Below, in pieces: positions 1-7,271 of a stretch of DNA of 64,000 nt; the stretch's first letter is position 1; each line of letters starts with the position of its first letter. Source of the stretch: Thermoproteota archaeon (GTDB lineage Archaea; Thermoproteota; EX4484-205; JAAOZP01); contig JBNAVT010000008.1 in NCBI GenBank assembly GCA_049700215.1, positions 860 through 64,859 on the forward strand, in the 5' to 3' direction. Both the position numbers and the translations under genes were made by a program. Under the pieces are notes generated by a model. It did not search any database, was not told where the DNA came from, and worked only from the letters and a program-made list of their open reading frames with translations.

Positions 1-1848
1 AGCTTCGAGGAGGAGCTTGTTAGGACGGTTCTGCTAAGCGGCCTAACCGACGCTCAGGCCTTAGACGTGGTCAACACCCTTGCTAGGAACGTTGAGTGGC
101 TCAAGACGTTGAGTAGCAGGAGCATGGTTGAAGCAATCAGAAAAATAACTGATTACGTTGAGAAGGGGGAAATTGCTGAAGAGGCAGTTGAGAGGGTTAA
201 GAGGGAGAGCGAGGAGTACGTTAAGAACGTTAAGCTTGAGATAACCGGGTTCTGCAACTCCATCTCCGACGCCATGCTTGCGAACGAGGTTAATGACCTT
301 CTCAAGCACATCCTAAACGCACTTGGGCCCGATGATGCGAAATGGCTCCTTGACCTCTTGAGGAACGTTTACTACGAGGCACTAACCCAATCCCATGGTA
401 ATAGAGAGTTTGCGAATGCTAAGCTTAGAAGCGTTGTTGAAAGGGTGTTCAAGTATCCCGAGAGCAAGCTGCACGGCTGCAGGCTGGCCTCCGTTAAGAC
501 GTTGCAGCTGAAGAGCCTTGAGGAAGCGATCCTGGGAAAGACGCTGGAAGAAGCCCTTAGCTCGGAGGGCGAAGAGATAGTCGTCGACGGGTTTGAGAAA
601 ACAATACCTGAGTCCGGTTATGTAAGAGGCAGGAGGAAGCTTGAAAAAGGCCTCTACCTGGTTAGGGCGACTAGGAAGGAGGATGGAAAGGTTTTCGAGT
701 GGTCGAGCAGGAAGGAGGAAGATGGCGAAACCTTCGACACTTCGGTTCCAAAGAGATTTTTAAAGGAGCTAGCCGGAAAAGAAGTGGAAATAGCCATCGT
801 CAAATACGATTACTCACTACACTTTAAATTCAAGGGCTCAAACCTCTACTTCAGTCCAAGGGACGGGTTAATGGTGGAAGGAAGGGAGATAGAGTTAGAG
901 AGAGTTGAGCCGCTGAGCTGGAGTGAGAGGCACGGAGCATCAATAAAGGCAAAGCTTAAGCAGAGGAGCATACGTGGAGCCGAAATATACTTCGTGTTCT
1001 TCGAGGACGGAGACTTCGGCATTCTTTTCACCGGAGAATCTACGGATAGAGGAGTATGCAAGGCTACGTTGAGTATTGAAGGAAATTTGCTGATAATAGA
1101 GTACGAAGGTCATAAGTCAATCGTCCCGATCATCGTTCAGGAGTGGAAGGAAGGAGAGAAGTATTACCTTAACATTCTATTGGAGGGGAGGGGAAGGATT
1201 GAACTGGTTGAGAAGCTGAGGGAATTATTCGGATACTACAATACTGAAGCTTTGAGGAAGAAGATTGAGGAAGGCGAGCTAAAGCTGATAGCTTACTTTG
1301 ACAACGGAAAACATGCTACCTGCAGTATTAGAACTCTTGAGATCAACGTGCCTGAGGGGGCTGAGGTGCTGGAGTATATTGTGATTAGATCCTGCTTCAC
1401 ATTCTCAGAAACGCTAAGTGACGAACAGATTGAAGAAATAAAGAAAGCTTCTGATGTAAGACTGGGAGGCTATGGAAGAGATTGGGCTAGGGAAGCGATA
1501 GAGGCTGGTAAGCTCAGTGAAATGGATAAAGTGAAATTCATAAAGAAGGAAGCCTCAATCAAAAACAGAAAGGAGAAAGTAGACCTGGTTTTCATGAGGG
1601 AAGATGGTCGCCTCATAATTGTGGAAGTTAAGACAACCAAGATTTCTGATTACCTTAAGAATTATCTTGAGGATGGCCTGAAAGATTTAGAGGATTACAA
1701 GGCGTTGATTAATGAATATGGTCTCGACCTAGAAGATGTTAATTTGGGCATAAAGAGAGGAGAGGATATCGAAGCCTATGTAAGCATCTCAGTTTATTTC
1801 GATATAGAAAACAAGAAAGTGGACATTATATATAGTGTATTACCTTAG
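1..1848 (+). CDS. Large protein (5'-partial) with C-terminal PD-(D/E)XK nuclease-like domain; polymorphic-toxin-like
   Basis: Frame is open from base 1. The C-terminal VDLVFMREDGRLIIVEVKTT matches the D...ExK restriction-endonuclease-fold motif. Confidence 0.6.
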   Translation, partial: SFEEELVRTVLLSGLTDAQALDVVNTLARNVEWLKTLSSRSMVEAIRKITDYVEKGEIAEEAVERVKRESEEYVKNVKLEITGFCNSISDAMLANEVNDLLKHILNALGPDDAKWLLDLLRNVYYEALTQSHGNREFANAKLRSVVERVFKYPESKLHGCRLASVKTLQLKSLEEAILGKTLEEALSSEGEEIVVDGFEKTIPESGYVRGRRKLEKGLYLVRATRKEDGKVFEWSSRKEEDGETFDTSVPKRFLKELAGKEVEIAIVKYDYSLHFKFKGSNLYFSPRDGLMVEGREIELERVEPLSWSERHGASIKAKLKQRSIRGAEIYFVFFEDGDFGILFTGESTDRGVCKATLSIEGNLLIIEYEGHKSIVPIIVQEWKEGEKYYLNILLEGRGRIELVEKLRELFGYYNTEALRKKIEEGELKLIAYFDNGKHATCSIRTLEINVPEGAEVLEYIVIRSCFTFSETLSDEQIEEIKKASDVRLGGYGRDWAREAIEAGKLSEMDKVKFIKKEASIKNRKEKVDLVFMREDGRLIIVEVKTTKISDYLKNYLEDGLKDLEDYKALINEYGLDLEDVNLGIKRGEDIEAYVSISVYFDIENKKVDIIYSVLP

Positions 1849-2519
1849 AGTGGGATGTAAATCCAGCCTCTTTCTTTCTCTAGTTTCTTAGCTTCTTCCT
1901 CTGTCAGTACAACAATTATCATAGGATTGCTAGAGACTTCGTAATATTGATATCCAGTATCCTTAATGATTTCATTCAACTCCTCCAAACCTATATCCAT
2001 GATGTAGTCATATCGTAAGACCATTCGGATGCTACGCCTCTTACCCTTAAAATCAAAGCTTACCTCCTCTACCGCCCACTTATATTCTAAAGGGATTATC
2101 CATTTACCACTTATATTCGTTGGTTGGAAAATGCCCCTCGATATCCTAGCAAGCCTCTTCAGGATAGCCACTCCAATCTCATCATTCAGCCACGTCTCTA
2201 TAGCTTCTTCCACAACTCTCTTAGCATCGAAGACTATTAATGCCCTGTCTATCCTAGCATCGCTACTTTTTATCCAATCCTTTTCGTGTTCCATGAGGCT
2301 CTCTCTTAGGATAACTCCATGAGGTCTCCCGATTTTTGACTTCCTCTTCTCATCCCACCAACTAGAGGAGTGATCTATTTCCCCGTTGAAAATCTTCTTT
2401 AATATCTCCTCTGAAGAAAGGTCGGAGTAGTCTTTGAAGAAATCCATCCTTCTAAGGTATTCTACCGAATTTACAAATCGCTTCCTAAGTTCAGACCTCA
2501 CCGTCCTATTAATAATCAT
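1845..2519 (-). CDS. Hypothetical protein, possible immunity protein; convergent, with overlapping stop codons
   Basis: 224 aa ORF, AT-rich like the nuclease tip; stops overlap at 1845-1848. Confidence 0.6.
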   Translation of the reverse strand: MIINRTVRSELRKRFVNSVEYLRRMDFFKDYSDLSSEEILKKIFNGEIDHSSSWWDEKRKSKIGRPHGVILRESLMEHEKDWIKSSDARIDRALIVFDAKRVVEEAIETWLNDEIGVAILKRLARISRGIFQPTNISGKWIIPLEYKWAVEEVSFDFKGKRRSIRMVLRYDYIMDIGLEELNEIIKDTGYQYYEVSSNPMIIVVLTEEEAKKLEKERGWIYIPL

Positions 2520-2662
2520 GAAGCTCGCTTTTAAGCGTAACCATTATTTCTAGCGCGTCTTTATTAAGCTCTAACTATTTTATTCGATTGGAATCTAAGT
2601 TCTAAATCTCATTCATCAATAACTTAACAAAACATAATTAATGGATTGTTTGATTGGAAAAG

Positions 2663-2772
2663 TGGCGAGGGCCGGATCTGCTCGCGCGCGCACGCGCTTT
2701 GAACCAGCGACACCCCGGTCTTCAGCCGGGCGCTCTCCCAGGCTGAGCTACTTGGCGCTTTCTAGCCTCGCC
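2663..2772 (-). tRNA. tRNA-Phe(GAA) with introns at 6/7 (2752-2766) and 58/59 (2678-2698)
   Basis: Removing both BHB-type introns gives GGCGAGG TA GCTC AGCCTGGGA GAGC G CCCGG CT GAA GA CCGGG GTGTC GCTGG TTCAAAT CCGGC CCTCGCC A, a complete cloverleaf. Confidence 0.9.
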
Positions 2773-2802
2773 TCCTCGCCACGAGTTATCTTTTCGAGTA
2801 TC

Positions 2803-2820
2803 CGTATTTTAAACCTTTCT
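2803..2820 (-). promoter_or_regulatory. BRE/TATA promoter of tRNA-Phe
   Basis: Minus strand AGAAAGGTTTAAAATAC about 30-45 bp upstream of the mature 5' end. Confidence 0.55.
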
Positions 2821-3205
2821 TCAGGGATTGAGGGTATGTTTTCTTAATATATATGTTGAATCTAAGCTTTGGTTTGACACCTGCTAATCTCTAAGTTTAG
2901 GTTATATAATACAGTTCTGTAAGCTGGTAACCTGTTGCTTCATAGTTCCCAAGCTTTCTCTTTCTAGGGTTAGAGATGTTTTTTATTGTTCTTCTGGTTT
3001 TTAGGCTGATTAAACGGGCTTTCCATCATTTTAGAGCCTCAGTGTTCCCAGCTTATGAAGAGAGGAGTAAAACTTTTTTAATATTGGTTGTATTGTTGTG
3101 ACGATGTTCCTTAACTTAAATGGTTTGTAAATTCGATTGACTAACTTCGTAAGTGAAACTTCTTTATGCGTGCCTTTTAAACTCGTTCTATCTTAACGTA
3201 AGTTG

Positions 3206-3397
3206 ATGCTGATGATCCTTGGTTGTATTGCTCAGGCTGGTTTGAGTTTCTTATTCCCTGAGAGAAGCGAACCTGATGCCTTCTATAAACATGCTTTCTG
3301 CGCGCGCGAATGTTGTACGAATTGAGGTTGTACACCATGTCAACCTGAGGGTTGTTGGACTGTACCCAAATGTTATGGTTGTCCCGTGTGTCCCTGA
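3206..3397 (+). pseudogene. Cys-rich small peptide ORF with internal TGA at 3323-3325
   Basis: Manual translation MLMILGCIAQAGLSFLFPERSEPDAFYKHAFCARECCTN*GCTPCQPEGCWTVPKCYGCPVCP*; absent from the ORF track. Confidence 0.45.
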
Positions 3398-3432
3398 GAT
3401 GGAGCAAAATATTCCATGGAGGTGTAGAAATA

Positions 3433-3808
3433 ATGATAAAGCGTAGATATATGTCTTCTCTCAGTTTAGTCAGGTTGCTTATGGCGCCTCTGCTCATAGT
3501 CCTGTTTTCTATATGTATCTACGTTTATCTGCCGACACCAGTCAGTATTTTGGAAATTGGAGCACTTGTACTGTTTGCTTTCTTCGACTTGTCTTTAAGC
3601 ATGACTCAACAACTGAAAAGACGTACAATCATGTTTTTCGGTCTCTTATCCCTATCACTATCATACTTGCTAAATGTTTTCTGGTAGTTACTTTTACCTC
3701 AACATTCAGAAGTCATTCTCTTTCGCATCGTTTATTGTGACTTCAATTGTCTCGGCTGCTTTCTACATATTGTTAGCTTATAGATTGCTTGGAGCATATA
3801 AAGGGTGA
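3433..3808 (+). pseudogene. Small multi-pass membrane protein, frameshifted near 3690
   Basis: GGAGGTG RBS, hydrophobic ORF; hydrophobic text continues in another frame (KSFSFASFIVTSIVSAAFYILLAYRLL). Confidence 0.5.
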
Positions 3809-3885
3809 TGCATCGATGATCAAGTTTTCTTCTGAAGGTTCCTACGTGCAAGAAGATGGCTAAAAATATAGGGGGGTGGTCATGA

Positions 3886-4315
3886 ATGTTGGAAGAAATA
3901 GAGGGTGTAAAAGAATGGATACAGAAACCGTTTTCTTTTCAGCCACTCTGGCCTCTGGCGTTTGCTGCAATCATACTGGTCGTCATGATTGAAGCACCCA
4001 GCTATCTGTATGGGATAAGCCTTGGAGACTGGAGGTTCAGCGCATCCATCTTATCGTTTGCAATCGCTCTTTTCGTCGGTGCTCTCATTGAGCGATTTGG
4101 CGTCAAGAGCAGGGGTCTAACACTCCTCTCGTTCTCTCTTATTCGCCTCAAACATATTCTACGTACTCGGATTAACATCCCTTCTACCGATGAAATCGCA
4201 AGTGGAACTTGTAATATTCTCGCCGTTCATAGTCGCATCGATAGCTCTATTGCTTACGTATTCTCTCAAGATAGGCTACAACATGCTGAGGATAGAGAAG
4301 AAAGCTTGGACTTAG
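3886..4315 (+). pseudogene. Small multi-pass membrane protein, frameshifted near 4140
   Basis: TM-rich N-terminus; alternative frame continues LFASNIFYVLGLTSLLP...IFSPFIVASIALLLTYSLKIG to TAG at 4313-4315. Confidence 0.55.
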
Positions 4316-4493
4316 GTGAATGAGCCGAAAAAGTGGTTCCTATTGTTTTTACTCGGGTTCTGGCTATCCAGTTCCCTATTAATGGGGTTCTATTAGTGTT
4401 GATGAACAATAAAGCATACATGCTATTTTAATTAGGCGGTTCTGATAGGAAGACATAAATCATGCCCATATTCCCCTTTTTGGAGATTCAGGT

Positions 4494-7229
4494 ATGAAAC
4501 ATGATTTCGGCGAGGACGAGTATCGCCTTGAGTTCCTGAGTGGAGGCGGGTTCGCTAGAAAGAGGTGTGTTAAATGCGGCAGGTTCTTCTGGACTCTCGA
4601 CCCTTCTAGGGAAGACTGTGGAGAGTCTCCCTGCTCGCCCTATACTTTCATAGGCAGGAGGGTGGGCAGGAGCATGGATGATCTGAGCCAAGTTAGGAAC
4701 GCGTTCCTGGGCTTCTTCAGGAAGAGGGGGCATGAGGTTGTTTCACCCTATCCTGTCGTATGCAGGTGGAGGGATGATCTTTACCTTACTGACGCGAGCA
4801 TAGTTGATTTCCAGCCTTATGTTACGGATGGCATTATTCCTCCCCCGGCTAATCCCCTAGTGATTTCCCAGCCATGTATACGTCTGGTTGACATTGACCT
4901 GGTTGGAAAGACTCTCGGGAGGCATCTCACTATTTTCGAAATGGGTGGGCACCATGCTTTCAACAGCGAGGAAAAAGAGGTCTACTGGAAGGAGGATACT
5001 GTGAGATACGGTTTTGAATTCTTCACGGGGGAGATGGGGGTTAAGGGTGAGGATCTTACTTTTGTGGAAAGCTCTTGGAGCGGGGGTGGAAACGCTGGGC
5101 CGTGCTTCGAAGTTATTTCACACGGTCTTGAGGTTGCGACCCTAGTCTTCATGAGGTATAAGGTTTATCCTGATGGTTCTCTGAGGGAGCTACCTATTCG
5201 AACGGTTGACACTGGATACGGGATGGAGAGGATAAACTGGCTTTTAACCGGCGCTCCCACAGGCTTCCATGCTTTCTACAGTAGGCTTCTCCAAGAAGCT
5301 TCTAAACTGGTGGATATCGAAGTTCCCCCTGAGCTCCTCAGGGAGTATGGGGTTAGGGTTTCCCTTTCTGAGAGTAAGTTCCTCAGCCCGGTGGAGAGGA
5401 TTAGGCTTGTCAGGGATCTGGGGCTCCCTGATTACTTCTCAGCTAAGCTTGAAGCGATGGAGAATGTTTTCAAGGCTCTGGATCATGTTAAGAGCCTAGT
5501 GTTCATTCTCTCAGAGGGCGTTGTGCCTTCTAACACTGGCGTGGGCTATCTGGCTAGGCTGCTCGTAAGGAAGACGGCCAGGGTCTTAGATAGGCTTGGC
5601 GCTACCTCTCTCTTACTCGACATGGTTTCATGGGAGGTTGACTACTGGGGCAGGGATTTTCCGAGTCTCAAAGGGCTTAAAGACAGTATTCTGAGGCTCG
5701 TCGAAATAGAGCTTAAAAAATACAGGAGGAGTGTTGAAGAGGGTGTTAGACACGTGGAGTCTCTTGTTAAAGAATCCAAGTCTCTAAGTGTTGAAAAGCT
5801 TGTTGAACTCTATGATTCTCACGGTGTTACGCCTGAGCAGGTTGCAGACTTTTTCTCGAAGAAAGGCGTTGAAGTAAGGATTCCGGAGGACTTTTACAGC
5901 ATGATAGCCTCCAGGCATAAACAGCCTAAGGGTCTTGAAGAGGAGGCTGTTACACTAGGTTTCGACGAGAAGGCTTTCCCCGAAACTGTAAAACACTACT
6001 ATGAGGATCCTGATTTGCTGGAGCTCGAGGCCAGGGTGCTGGGAGTCTTCGACGACAAGGTTGTTCTCGACCGGACGATCTTCTATCCTGAGGGCGGCGG
6101 CCAGCCTGCAGACGCCGGTAGGCTAGTATTCAACGGGAAGGAGGCCCTGGTAAGAGATGTTAAGAACTTGAATAATCGGATAATCCACTTCATAGAGGGG
6201 CCTGCCCCCAGAGTAGGCAGCGTTGTCAAAACGGTTGTTGACGCTGAAAGGCGTCTCCAGCTTAGAAGGGCTCACACGGCGACACACATTATAAACGCTG
6301 CCGCCAGAATAGTTCTAGGGAACCATGTTTGGCAAGCAGGCGCTCAGAAAGACACTGTTGAGTCCAGGCTTGACATAACCCATCCTCTTCCGCTTACTGA
6401 TGAAGAGATTGAGAAGATAGAGCGTAAGGCTAATGAAATAGCCCTGTTAAACATCGATGTTAAAGTACAGGTTTTACCTAGGGTCATCGCTGAGAAGGAA
6501 TATGGGTTCAGAATATACCAGGGTGGCGCTGTGCCAGGTAGGGAGCTCCGGATCATTAAGATAGACGGGTTTGACGCGGAGGCCTGCGGCGGGCTCCATG
6601 TTAACAAGACGGGTGACGTAGGTCTGGTGAAGATAGTTAGGGTTGAGAGGATTCAGGACGGGGTTGAAAGAATAGTGTTCCGGGCAGGAGTGTCCTCTCT
6701 GGATTACGTGAGATCGCTGGAAAACAAGATGTCTAGCCTGGAGAGCATACTCGGCGTCCCTAAGGATAAGATAGTTCAGGAGGCTGAGAGAGTCAAGAGC
6801 GAGTTGAAAAACCTGAGTAAGAAGATTGAGAGAATATTAGAGAGCCAGTTTGACGTTTTAGCGGATCAGCTGCTTTCAAAGGCTGTTGAGGAGTCCGGCA
6901 TTAGAATAGTGCTCTACAGTTCTGAAGATCTTGAAATAAACCATCTTATAAGTCTCGGCGAGAAAATCTCTAAGAAGGAGCCGAGCTCCGTAACAGTAGT
7001 AATGTCACCTATCCCAACTATGCAGTTCGCCGTGTTCGCAGGTGAAAAGGCTCTGGAGAAAGGTGTTGACTGCTCTCTGCTTGCACGCCGCATTCTTAGC
7101 GAAATCGGGGTCGGCGGGGGAGCCGGGGGCAGGAGAAACTTCGCGAAAGGAGGCTTAGCGGCCAAGGTTGACCCCGAATCCTTCCAATCAAAGGCTTTAA
7201 AAGCCGTAGGCAGTGTATTAAGTGGCTAA
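4494..7229 (+). CDS. alaS: Alanine--tRNA ligase (archaeal type)
   Basis: RHLTIFEM and VDTGYGMER motifs, FYPEGGGQ, editing-domain HTATH and CGGLH; 911 aa. Confidence 0.97.
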   Translation: MKHDFGEDEYRLEFLSGGGFARKRCVKCGRFFWTLDPSREDCGESPCSPYTFIGRRVGRSMDDLSQVRNAFLGFFRKRGHEVVSPYPVVCRWRDDLYLTDASIVDFQPYVTDGIIPPPANPLVISQPCIRLVDIDLVGKTLGRHLTIFEMGGHHAFNSEEKEVYWKEDTVRYGFEFFTGEMGVKGEDLTFVESSWSGGGNAGPCFEVISHGLEVATLVFMRYKVYPDGSLRELPIRTVDTGYGMERINWLLTGAPTGFHAFYSRLLQEASKLVDIEVPPELLREYGVRVSLSESKFLSPVERIRLVRDLGLPDYFSAKLEAMENVFKALDHVKSLVFILSEGVVPSNTGVGYLARLLVRKTARVLDRLGATSLLLDMVSWEVDYWGRDFPSLKGLKDSILRLVEIELKKYRRSVEEGVRHVESLVKESKSLSVEKLVELYDSHGVTPEQVADFFSKKGVEVRIPEDFYSMIASRHKQPKGLEEEAVTLGFDEKAFPETVKHYYEDPDLLELEARVLGVFDDKVVLDRTIFYPEGGGQPADAGRLVFNGKEALVRDVKNLNNRIIHFIEGPAPRVGSVVKTVVDAERRLQLRRAHTATHIINAAARIVLGNHVWQAGAQKDTVESRLDITHPLPLTDEEIEKIERKANEIALLNIDVKVQVLPRVIAEKEYGFRIYQGGAVPGRELRIIKIDGFDAEACGGLHVNKTGDVGLVKIVRVERIQDGVERIVFRAGVSSLDYVRSLENKMSSLESILGVPKDKIVQEAERVKSELKNLSKKIERILESQFDVLADQLLSKAVEESGIRIVLYSSEDLEINHLISLGEKISKKEPSSVTVVMSPIPTMQFAVFAGEKALEKGVDCSLLARRILSEIGVGGGAGGRRNFAKGGLAAKVDPESFQSKALKAVGSVLSG

Positions 7230-7271
7230 AAATAGTTTCCCACTCTAAATCTTTAAGTATCTTCAAAATGC

